This document shows, in pieces, positions 11,256-32,439 of a DNA stretch of 64,000 nucleotides. Numbering within the stretch: position 1 is the stretch's first letter; each line of letters starts with the position of its first letter. The position numbers were made by a program, and so were the translations under genes. The notes under the pieces are model-generated. The model made no database searches and had not been told where the DNA came from. It was given only the letters and a program-made list of their open reading frames with translations. The stretch is from contig CM074808.1 in the NCBI GenBank assembly GCA_037447605.1, positions 3,038,001 to 3,102,000 on the forward strand. Reading direction: 5' to 3'. Origin of the DNA: Zygnema circumcarinatum SAG 698-1b. Lineage: Eukaryota; Plantae; Zygnematophyceae.

Positions 11256-12160
11256 GGCTGAGGTCTGAAAGCTATGCGGCGTGAGCTCGAGCGGGCAAGA
11301 AGGTCAGCGGCCTTGCAGGAGGGAGAGTCTCGCAGGGCCAAAGAGAGCTCGCCGCCGCCTCTTTGTGCCAAGGCTCGGCCGGCGACGCCTTCGACTCGGC
11401 GATGGCTTCCGAGGCAAGCGATGGCCGTGATTGGGTGGTGGAGTCGCAGAGGGACGATCCTGGAGGAGGATGGACGGCTGCGATTGCGCCTGTTGGGATC
11501 GGAAGGCTGTGTGGGGCTTTCTGCTTCGGCGGTTTCCACCGAGAGAGCTGGAGGGGCCTCATGCCGCGGTTTGGGCAGTCCTGCGTTGTCGCGCATGCCG
11601 GGCAGGACGTGGTTGCTTTTTGACCCGCCGAGAAAATTGAGGCACGCCTTCAAGAGGGTTTTTAAGGAATGTTCATATTGTTTTCAGGGCAGTCAGTTTG
11701 AAATAATTTTCTCTGACACCACTCATCGGTTTGGGAGGAGGGATCCTCTGCGACCAGTGGTTCCTCGTGGTTCCCCATGAGGCTGATGTTGTCCATGTAC
11801 ATTTGATGGCATCATCGCCGTCGCGAGATCAATGCGCCATCCATCAGTTTGGTCGAATTGGTAAGCGAGCAAGCGACCCGGTATTGTTGACAAATGTTGC
11901 GAGCAGCAATGTCAGACGGCTGCCCGAAAAATAACATGTACAAATTACATTTTTGGGGTTTCTAAAATGTTGGCCCGGCGGGCCGGGGCAGCTCCCGCTG
12001 TCCAACTGCACATTCTGCAGAGCCTTGCGCATGCATGCATGCACGCGCGTAAGATGGGATCGGTTTGATGTTTCGGGAAGAGCCCCGGCCGAGCGACATG
12101 CGCGGCAAGCTTGGAGCAGCAATGAGCGCCTGAAGGCAGCTGGAGAGCAGTTTGGGTAGG

Positions 12161-12167
12161 TATAAAG
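12161..12167 (+). promoter_or_regulatory. Candidate TATA box of the WWE-only gene
   Basis: TATAAAG about 110 nt upstream of the ATG at 12270, followed by a purine-rich leader. Confidence 0.4.
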
Positions 12168-12269
12168 GGGAGCAGGAGGCATTGCAGAGACGTAGACGAA
12201 GCAACAGAAGCTGAAAGAAAGAAAATCAGAAAGAAGGTATTTTCTTGGTGGTTCTAAGAACTCTATAAC

Positions 12270-12557
12270 ATGTGCTATACGTTTTATCCTTGCAAAGAAC
12301 CAGTTCAAGTGGGAGTCTATTGGAGAGGAAGTCGTCACTGGCATATGTACGACATTTCAGCATGCAAAGCCATTCTGCAGGGTCTACTCGCAGGAAAAAA
12401 TGAAGTGCCCATAGGAAACATCAAGAGCACCGTCTATCCAGATGGTGCTCCGTACTACGTGAATTTGAAGGAATTAAACCAGTACAACGAGCTTTCTGGT
12501 CAAGCGAGAAAGGTCCTTATAGTTTACGATGCGGAAGTCACAGCAGCGACAAAGTGA
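12270..12557 (+). CDS. Small WWE-domain protein, head-to-head with the Hsp70-like gene; 3' end uncertain
   Basis: MCYTFYPCKEPVQVGVYWRGSRHWHMY...GAPYYVNLKELNQYNELSGQARKV aligns with WWE1 from the first Met. A consensus donor AA|GTGAGT at 12553/12554 suggests a further short exon; an acceptor near 12898 would add only ESLQP before a stop. Confidence 0.7.
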   Translation: MCYTFYPCKEPVQVGVYWRGSRHWHMYDISACKAILQGLLAGKNEVPIGNIKSTVYPDGAPYYVNLKELNQYNELSGQARKVLIVYDAEVTAATK

Positions 12558-14080
12558 GTGCGAAATTCAACCAAATTATAGAAGCGCTTTTTCCAAGAGA
12601 TTCGTTTCTGTATGACTGCGTAAGGCTGTCAAGGTCAAATGCGTCTGCAAGTCATAAGCTAATTTAGATGGATTCAGGAACTTGAAGTTCTATAAGCATG
12701 GCTGCATCAAGAAAACCCGAAGCTGCGTCGAGTTTTTGAATGAGAATTTTAAAAAAATTGTTTGGACGATGAGCTACTATGAGGGAATGGACCGTTTGCT
12801 TCTCTTTGACAAGCAGGTTTAGCTCATTAACATCTTCCTGTACTGGACTTTACTTGCATACTGACTCTCCTACTTTGCTTTTGGCTCGTGTTGAACAGGG
12901 AATCGCTTCAGCCATGAAAGCGGGAGGAGCAGAGGGCGGCCAGCTATGATGAGGTCATCTGGAGAGTGAACTGCATTCATTTGACGTTGATGGCAGCCGC
13001 CAATAGACCTTGATGAATCAGGCAGCGGGAGATGCAAAAGCTGCAGCAGGACCGGGGAGGGGTCGCAGGATGGAGGAGCGAATTTCAAGTGACTTTGCCA
13101 TAGATTCTGCAACTTGATTTTACGTTTTACCGGCGGGATTTGGCATGATTTCTTGCGATTTTGTTCCCCGCCCGGTGGGAGGAAGCGTGCATACATGTAC
13201 ATAGGGTCGGTCTGCATTTTTTTTGGTCATTGAACTGCAGCTTGACAGCCATTCCATCACAGAAAATTTCCACACTGAAGGGCTAAATGGGCGCTACGGC
13301 GAGGTTGGATGTCCATGAGACTTTGAGCATGTAAAAAAGGTCCGGTCTGCTGGAAAGGCTTTTGGATTGCTGTGGAATGGCCTTTCACTGCCATGTCAGG
13401 AAACAAAGCTGAGCTTCGGAGCATCTGAACACGCTGAATAACAAGGATCCTGCATGGCGTGGATGATGTGATTGTGGCGTGTATGTTTAGTGGTTTCTCT
13501 AGGGCCAGTTTGTTTTCCTTCTGATGGAAATGTTTGAATTCCGTGCTGTGAGCAAAAGTATAATGTAAAATTCTCTCACAGGCAGTGTTTGCGAACGACC
13601 AAAACTAGCAAAAAAAAAACAACCATGAGAGGACAGCATGTGCGCAAAGTAAAGCAGGGGCCGGAGTGCACAGCGCACAGTGATTCCATAGCAAAAGCTA
13701 CACATAATGAAGCGACAAAATTTGTATTGGAATCTCACTCTAGTTTGCATTGCTCTCACGTGGCAAGGTCAGAGGACGAATAGGAAGACGCTGTTTTACA
13801 GCTCTATTCCTCTCCCTGCTAGCGACAAATAAGTTACAAACGAAGGGAATTTATACCATTGAGTAGGCCCACCTCCAGTATTTGTTTGTTAGTGCGACAA
13901 CCCAAAACATGTACAATATGATTGTATCGCAACCAACACAAATAAAAGAAAAGAAGTGGGGGGGCGACCACTCTGGTAGCCATGCGCCTTTACAGAGGAG
14001 TCTTGGGAACAAAAAAGGCCGTCAAGCTCCCTTGTTTTAGCACTGGAGCTTTGGACCGCTTCTGGCACGCGGGCAGGACG

Positions 14081-24380
<10,300 letters not shown>

Positions 24381-25437
24381 ATAAATCGAAACACGGAGTC
24401 GACCGTTTAGCTATCCTTCACTTTCTTCGCGTTCTTCAGCAAAAAAAACCGTGTCCAAGTGCCTTCTCCCACCTTCCCTATCTCCACATTCCCAGAAAAC
24501 AATCGCCTATAGTCGCCACAGCGAGACCGCCAGCCCTCCCCTCCCCTCCGCCTTCCCCTGCAGCGCCCTCCCCCCCTTCTCCCCTCCGTGGCCTGGCGCC
24601 CCCTCCCCCCTTTTTGGGTTCCAAACTTTTTTCGAAGTTTGAACCTTTGGCGCCGCGCGCGCTTCCAAATTGCGCCAAAACGCGTGGAACCTTACCGTAC
24701 GGTTCGTACATCTCCTCAAGGGCATGCCAAGTGTCCCATAGTGGCATATCAACCGTTGGATGGCCGCGAGCGTGATCTTGTGGACGGTCCAGATTGCAGC
24801 TCAGTAGATTTACGGAACTGCACGATCTTGGATCTATGTGTGATTTGAAAAATATCAACGGTGCGCCGTCCCGTGCAACAGAGAAACTGAGGCGGCACTG
24901 AACTGGCCGGCAGTACATGCAGCGGAGGACGCTGACTGGTTGAAGAGTCGAGGTCGTTCGTCCCCTTGACATGTCTGATGTCCGTCAACGTCCTTCGGAG
25001 AGGTACTGTACTATACTCATTAGGGTACCGTACTGTTGGCAGTTGGTGGGTCAGTCTTTCAGCTTCTGTCAGCTTGCCTACTGCAGTGCCTCCTGGTACT
25101 GCAACTATCGTGCAATAGCACGTAGGTGAAAGGCACAAATGTCATCTCTGCATCTGTTTTTTTTCTCCAATTTCGAGCACCTTTTCCTTTTTGGGTGCAT
25201 TGGTTGTTCTGTACGAGTCCTCGATCCCTAGCTCGCAGCTTATCATCTTTCAATTCAGCATATTTGGTGGTTTGTATTAGCTGAATTTTCGGCTAGAGCA
25301 GTGTCAAATAGCTTTTTAAGGCTTTATGGAGATATTGTACAGTTTTTACTGTTAACAATCATTGCTGATCCGCCCTCGTATACAACAGACTGGGAAGACG
25401 ATTATCTTGGAGGTGAAATTGGAAGGATATTCGTGAA

Positions 25438-28400
25438 ATGAGTGGTCTTGCGATAAAGCGCGGGCTTAGGAGGTGTGGAGCGGCCTCATGGGAGGTCACA
25501 GCATCCGCATTGCTGAATTTGTGGGAGTATCGAAAGTTGATGACGATTGTTGCTGGACCATCTGCTGCCTTCTTCGTTTCAAGGATTGGACAAGGCGATG
25601 TTAATACTGTAAAGGTTTTTAGAATGGCAGGTGTTCTGGTATGGATGGCTATGTGGTGGCTCACTGAGGTACAATACCACTTTTTCCGATAAACTTCTTG
25701 AAGAAAGAGTAAAATAAGGAAATGGATATTCACTTAACACTTTAATCTTTTTGCAATCCTCATTCCATGATGTATTCATTGTTAAGCGAATGGGTATTTC
25801 TCTAATCATGGAACCACTTTATGAATTCTACACTAGCTCAGTGATGAAACACCCTAAAATTACACACGAAATCACACACAAATTAATGCACGTATTCCAC
25901 CATCTTCAAAACGCCTGTCGACTCGTTTAGTTTTCACTTTCTTTTGCTAAAAGAGTACCCTCTTGGTGTAAGGAATCGATAAACTCCTTTAGTATAATGT
26001 TCCTTAGGTCCTGAGCTCTGAACTCACTTCAAGTATGTATAGCGAGTGCTGCTTCAACTAATTACCACTCATTATTCGCAGGCAGTCCCAGCTCCTATCA
26101 CTGCACTTCTTCCCCTTCCCCTGTTCCCTCTTTCAGGAATCCTCGCTCCGGATGACGTCGCAAAAGCATACTGGAATGACATTGTGGTCCTTTACTTTGG
26201 ATCCCTCGTGGTTGCCCTTGCCATTGAAAGGTATGATCCTCCTAATTCAGGTTTAGTATAGCGAAAGGCAGGCCAACTAACGAGATTCCTCCTTGCCCGC
26301 CTGGAATGAGAACATGTCGATGGAAGAAAACAAAATGCAGCCCATTGGAGGTCTGAGTCATCACCAAGCACTGCAAATAAATTGGAAGGCAGAACAGATT
26401 GAACCTTGACCATTATTGCACAGTGGACGTCAGGCTTTGCTGTCTACTTCAAAGCAATGTGTGTTCGATTCGCTCTATGGAGAAAAAGTCGGTTATTGAC
26501 GACTAGGGACTAGCGTAACAGATGATCACACGCACTCCAGCCACTGGGTTTTTTTTTTTTTTTTTTTTTTTTCTTTAGATTGGGTTGTATTGGTTGTGCC
26601 CACATCCCCCTCGGGTGAAATTCTTTGTTTGCAGATGGAAGGTGCATCGGCGGCTCGCTTTGGGACTCTTGCTTTCTCTTGGGTCACGAGTTACAAACCC
26701 CCGGCTCCTTTTGCTTGGTTTCATCAGCTGTACGGGCATTCTTTCCATGTTTATGTCGAACACAGCCACTTCTATCATGTGCGTTATTCTAAGCCTCCCT
26801 TCATCTTTATGTGTTCCCACCTTTTTAACTTTGAAGCTGACACTCGAGTACAGTTAGGGAGCAGCCTGCATTCCTGCCTTTGATTGCTCCGCCCTTCTTT
26901 GCCCGGTTATCTACATGGGGAACCGGAGAGAGGGAGAGGCACCTCAATTCCTTTGTAAGGAGTTGGCGTGTGTTCACGTTTCTGGACAGCATCCATAGCA
27001 TTTGCAGTCAGAGTACGCACCAGATTAGATGTGCTAAGTATATTTTAGCCTGATAATGCCTACACGAGGTCCTGTTGCCTGCCCTTCTCTTTCCTTCGTC
27101 TGACCCTCCTTGTCGTCCCGAATTGTCATCAGGATGGTGCCCATGGCAGTGGCTGTTCTGCATAAAGTTCGGCGCAATGCAAATGGCATCGCCATGCATG
27201 AAATTGCCATTGCGACTCAACCATCCAACAATTCAGGAAGCACCGCAGAGGACGGCGAGACAACCAAGGAACAGATGGATGTGAACCTGGACAGTCCTCT
27301 ACATGCAGCCGTGATTCCGCTCCGTCCTGAGGACAATCTGCAGGTGCATGACCATGGCCCTTACGCCAACAACGGCAACAATTACAAGCACCCATTTGTA
27401 GCGTTGCCGTTTGGGGGCGATGAAGGCTGGCCTGATTCAAAGGAGGAAGGTTTTGAAGAGTCCCCTATGGCTATGTCTGCGGGAGAGCATCTTGAACATG
27501 AGGACGCGGAGGCTGAGACGGGGAATGGTGATCGCCGGCGGACAGGTCGAGCGTCTGATGTCATTGTGAAGAGTCGTTTGGCAGACTTGGATGACCCTGT
27601 AACGCAGTATTGTCGAGCGGTAAGCAGAGCATGGCATTGCTTTGGGTCCCCAAGTAGATCTTTATCTACTCGTGAAAGTAACATGAAGGGGAGTTTTGTC
27701 GAAAGTGGGAGCATTTTTGGCTTCTGGGGCATGTGTTCGATAGGGTTTTCGTGCAACATCGCAGCTCTTGTTTGTACAAGGCCAGGTTGTTATCCTGCAT
27801 TCAATATAATCTTTCGAGACTGGCAGTTTGAGATTCACTTTGATGGATGTATTTTTCCGGCTGCAGATTGTCCTTGGCATCGCATATGCGGCATCAGTTG
27901 GGGGCATGGGTTCGCTCACGGCAGCTGTGAGTGCGTTCTTTGGTCAAATGATCACCCTCAGATGACCAGATCATAGTCAGTTTCCGTTAAGTTTGCCAGC
28001 ACCTGTGAGAAAGAGGGACGCACACTTCCCTATAGCCATGTCAATCCATTCTGCCCTTCCGTTCAGGGAGAGAAAAGAGAGCAAAAGATACAGCAAGAGG
28101 GAATGGGAAGAAATCTGATCGCCCCGGTTACATTCGCCTCCCAAAAAGCCAACCTTTGTCTCCACCCCATCGGGCTGCCCAGGGCCCCAACCTCATCCTC
28201 GCCGGCACCTTCAGCCGCATGTTCCCAGAGGCCCCGCGCATCTCCTATGTCAATTGGCTCGCATTCGGCTTCCCTCTCTGCCTGCTCTTCCTCGTCATTC
28301 TATGGGCAGTCCTCTGCGTTATATACTGCCCGCCTGTCAGTGTGCCCGTCATACGCGCAGCTCTTGATCGTTCGGTTTTGGAGCAAGAATATGCACGGCT

Positions 28401-30945
28401 CGGTATGCCTCAGAGAACCCAACAGACCTGTCATGTAGTCAGTTCTGGATGGAAATGAAGCTGTCAAGTACATAGACCTGTTCTGGATGTTCCCGTTCCT
28501 TCATAGCTAGATCGAAGATGGGTGTATAAATTTCCAGAAGGTCAGCATTCTTCTTCATTGCTTCTCGCATGGAGTGCACGATGTGTGGGAGGCCTTCGAT
28601 TTCGGAAGTGGTGGGGAAAAACTGCGTTTTCTTTTCTCACAGCTGTCCTGAAGCTCAGCAATCTTCCTTGGCTAACCGTTCAGAGTTTTGGACTTGGGGG
28701 GTGGGTTGCAGGCTCAGTCAAGTTTGCGGAGAAAGCAGTCCTTTGCGACTTTGTGGTGCGCTCTTTTCGTCCACGTGGTTTCGCATTTTTAATGACATAC
28801 ATATGTGTGCTATCCCCCTGACATGTATGAAATAGGAGGTTCTGCTTTTGTTTTTACTGCCTGAGAAGGAAGAAAGTGGCAGTGGGGATTAGAGCAATCT
28901 GCTAGCAGCTAAGTGAAACTGCGAATTTTAGTTTTCCTTGTACCTCTTCAACGAGGATCTTTGCACAACATACATTCGACCCTTGTTGTCTCACCTAATC
29001 GTGCCTACTGGGGAGGGAAGCTATTTTTCGGACATTGAATTTGGGCAGGTTTTATCGCTTTTATGGCTGACTCGAAATCCTGGCAGCGGAATGTTTGGGT
29101 GGGCAATGCTCTTTGACAAGGACAAGGTTGCGGGGGACGGTACAGCCAGTGTGAGTTGGCAGCTTTGCGGCTTTGGAGAACTAAGCTTTACCGATTGAAT
29201 TGTCTTTCAAATGCAAGGAAATGGAAGGTCTACTTTCATTCTAAGCTATGAATATCCTTCGCATCGTCCTTTAGCCACGCTAAAGATACTCCAGACATGG
29301 AGCAGGTCATATACCAGCTGTCATTGTTCTTTTCTTGTGCTCTTTCAGTGACCCTCTTATAGCATGTTACCAACCCTGGGAACTTATCGCTGCTTTCTCC
29401 ACCAAAGCGAAAGGTTTTGCAGTGGCTCCCTCTCCTCTTCTCTCCCTCTCCTCTCTGGCCTCACTCCTGCCCTCTGCTCTGCTGCAGGCCCTCTGCGCCA
29501 TCGTGCTGTTTGTGATCCCCTCCCTTTCGGGGAAGCCGCGGCAGATGCTCATGGACTGGGAGACATGCCGGACCATGCCTTGGGACATTGTGCTTCTTCT
29601 CGGAGGAGGTGCACCGCCTTCCCCCTCCGCACCTTGTTGTTTCGTTTAAGGAATGAATGCCCTGACTCAAGATGCCCTTCCCTTCCCTCCCCTTCCCTTC
29701 CTTCCCTTCCCTTCCCTTCTCTTCCCTTCCCTTCCCCTTCCCTTACCCTTATCCTTACCCTTACCCTTACCCTTACCCTTACCCTTACCCTTACCTTTAC
29801 CCTTACCCTTACCCTTACCCTTACCCTTACCCTTACCCTTACCCTTACCCTTACCCTTACCCTTACCCTTACCCTTACCCTTACCCTTACCCTTACCCTT
29901 ACCCTTACCCTTACCCTTACCCTTACCCTTACCCTTACCCTTACCCTTACCCTTACCCTTACCCTTACCCTTACCCTTACCCTTACCCTTACCCTTACCC
30001 TTACCCTTACCCTTACCCTTACCCTTACCCTTACCCTTACCCTTACCCTTACCCTTACCCTTACCCTTACCCCCCCCCCGCGCCTGCGCTCGCCCCCGCC
30101 CTTGCCCTTACCCTTACCCTTACCCTTACCCTTACCCTTACCCTTACCCTTACCCTTACCCTTACCCTTACCCTTACCCTTACCCTTACCCTTACCCTTA
30201 CCCTTACCCTTACCCTTCCCCCTACCCTTCCCTTACCCTTTCCCCTCTCTCCTCCCTCCCCTCTCCCCTCCTGCACAGGGTTCGCTCTCTCAGCCGGCGT
30301 GGCCAGCAGCGGGCTGTCCGCGTGGATAGGCGAGCACCTGTCCTCCCTCCGCCGCGTCCCCGCCCTCTGCATTCCGCCCCTCCTCGCGCTCGCCGTCACG
30401 CTCGGGACGGAGGTCGCCTCCAGCAGCGCCTCCGCCACGGTCCTCCTCCCTCTCCTCGGGGGCCTCTCCCTCTCCGTGGGCCGCCACCCCCTCCTCCTCA
30501 TGCTGCCCGCCACCATCGCCTGCTCCTTCGCCTTCATGCTGCCCGTGGCCACCGCTCAGAACGCGGTGGCGTACTCCACGGGGTTTCTCAAGCTGAGGCA
30601 TCTTCTGCTTCCCGGCATCTTCCTGAACCTTATTGGTGTGTTGTTAATCAGCATCACGGTGCCGTCATTGGGTATGTTTGCAACTACTATGGGGGGCTCT
30701 CTCCTTGGGGTTGGTTTGATTTAGGAAGTCGCTACTCTTTTGGTTGCTGTGTATGGCTTCTTTTGAGCTTCATGATGAGGCTATGGGTGGAGACATGGAG
30801 GTGAGAGAGGCAGAGCATGATGATGGATGTCCGTTTCCTGTATGCAGGACAAGTGATTTTTAGGGTTCTGGACGATCCGTCGCAATATAGCTGGTACGTC
30901 GACGCGAAGGGACTTTTGAGTGCTAATTCGACCGCAGTTCCATAG
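25438..30945 (+). CDS. tDT: DASS/SLC13-family dicarboxylate transporter (tonoplast dicarboxylate transporter-like), multi-exon
   Basis: Exons encode VWMAMWWLTE-AVPAPITALLP, LALAIER-like VALAIER, WKVHRRLAL, MSNTATSIM, LGIAYAASVGGMG, GPNLIL, WLAFGFP, MPWDIVLLLGG-GFAL, ACSFAFMLPVAT. The last exon is modelled at 30848-30945. Confidence 0.85.
29742..30218. repeat. (CCCTTA)n hexamer microsatellite, about 70 units in two blocks, inside a tDT intron
   Basis: Direct reading. Preceded by (CCCTT)n from about 29675 and interrupted by a C-rich/GC island at about 30070-30104. Confidence 0.97.
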
Positions 30946-31299
30946 TTTTTTCAGTTCCTGTAGGTAGAATGGCCCCCCTCAGACACGCACACATTAGGTC
31001 TGTGTGGAGAGGAAAAATATATATATTTATGCGGTGCGACCGCTGCTACGCTTTTTGGCTTTTTGGCTTATTAGGTAAATCTGCGCATGTCCAGCTTAAA
31101 TTAGGAGTGCATTCTGGTTCAGATTTTTTTTTTTTTTGTAATTAGGTCAAAGGAGGTGGAGAGAGTAGGGCGGGCAGGTTCATCTGGAGGCTGATTGTGG
31201 CTTCCCTCCATTCTTTTTTTTCTGTTTTGAACACTCATTTTTTCTTTTTGCGACGTGACCATATACTCGCCGCCTTTAAGTCTGTTGTTGTCCCCAAGC

Positions 31300-31395
31300 T
31301 GAGAATCCTCCTACGAACCCTAAAACCCTGTAACCCTAAAAGCCTGAATTCCTAAATCCCTACAAACCCTATAAACCCTCAAGCCCTAACAAATA
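31300..31395. repeat. Degenerate AAACCCT(A)/telo-box-like tract
   Basis: aaccctaaaaccctgtaaccctaaaagcctg...aaatccctacaaaccctataaaccctcaagccctaac. Similar short tracts lie near 36983-37008 and 63390-63445. Confidence 0.55.
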
Positions 31396-31480
31396 AAAGT
31401 GCAATCGCCTACCACACGCCTGCAGCCGGTGCACCTCCCCCGTACGGACGAGCCCTAAGCTCTAGGCCCTAGGCCATAGA

Positions 31481-31812
31481 CAAGCATTCTTAGATAAGGT
31501 AATTTGTCTTAAGATAAGGAATTTCCCTTAAATTAGTCTTGGGAAAACTTTATGTTGTGATTACCAAATGCACAAGCGTTTTGATTGATTGGTAAAAAAA
31601 CCAATTTATAAGAGCCGAAGAGTTTGCACCAATTTGTAAGGCCGTGTTGCCACCAAGTAGAGTTCCTGTACATGTGATGACATCGCCATCGTGAGTGCAA
31701 TGCCAATTCATCATTAATTCAGCGTTATTTTAGCCCTCCGTAAACATCTCTCAATTCGTCCCTTATACAAGCATTACGATATTTAAGGGACGGCCTTATT
31801 TGACGATGCCTG
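31481..31812. mobile_element. Non-autonomous hAT-type element, 332 bp, 8-bp TSD GCCATAGA
   Basis: TSD at 31473-31480 and 31813-31820. Imperfect TIRs CAAGCATTCTTAGATAAGG and (reverse complement of right end) CAGGCATCGTCAAATAAGG. About 160 bp of the interior matches 52138-52300. Confidence 0.8.
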
Positions 31813-31848
31813 GCCATAGACCCTTAGGCGTGCCGTACCGAGTTCTGT

Positions 31849-32131
31849 CACGTGCTACAGTTTGCTGTAATCTCACCGTTCCCGTCCAACGTGAACTTCA
31901 ACTTCAGAACCACGCGAAATGTGCCATTCGCTGTAAAACAAATTTATCGATCCGTGATGACATGGAACCTCGCCTAGGCGTCGCCTCCAAAGATCGGGTG
32001 ACTCTTCCAAGAAGTGCGCGCGCGGCTGCCACGTGGCAGCGCTGCAAGGTCTGCTTCCGCCCTCGGCCTGCCGCCATGGCGGCATGGCGGCGAGGGAGAA
32101 GCGCCTGCTTGCTTCCGCAATGGCACGTGCC
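31849..32131 (+). promoter_or_regulatory. G-box/ABRE cluster upstream of the vicilin-like gene
   Basis: CACGTG at 31849. Perfect 16-bp palindrome GCTGCCACGTGGCAGC at 32025-32040. GGCACGTGCC at 32122-32131. Confidence 0.5.
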
Positions 32132-32439
32132 TCGTTCTCAGTGTCCGAGACATCGTTGTTTCTGCGCCATGTGGCCCAACCGATCTGCTTTCCTCATTCT
32201 TGGAGCGCGCAAAGAAGATGCTTTGTTGCAAGAGGAATGGCGTCTTGCATGGCGGAGCTTTCGAGGTTCAAGCTCTTGTATTGAATTCTGAAATCGAATG
32301 AAGAGGGAGGTAGGGCTTCGCAGCCTTCCAAGCTCACTATCCTGCTTCAAGTGCTTCAAGTGGTAGGCAGGTGTAGTTATTGCTCTGACAGGCTTAAGAA
32401 GAGTGGAAAAGACTTCCAGTATCCTTGCAGACGAGAGCC

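Noticed and set aside
11210-11780. Overlapping GC-rich ORFs upstream of the Hsp70-like gene
   Set aside because: No domain signal, and ORFs are open on both strands as expected for GC-rich leader or promoter DNA. An upstream exon cannot be fully excluded.
29742-30218. Telomere or chromosome end
   Set aside because: The unit is CCCTTA rather than CCCTAAA/CCCTAA, and it lies inside an intron with in-phase exons on both sides.
29364-30804. Long ORFs with poly-LT, poly-LP, poly-PY and poly-RV runs
   Set aside because: They are frame translations of the stop-free (CCCTTA)n microsatellite. Only the 30279-30670 segment is real tDT coding sequence.
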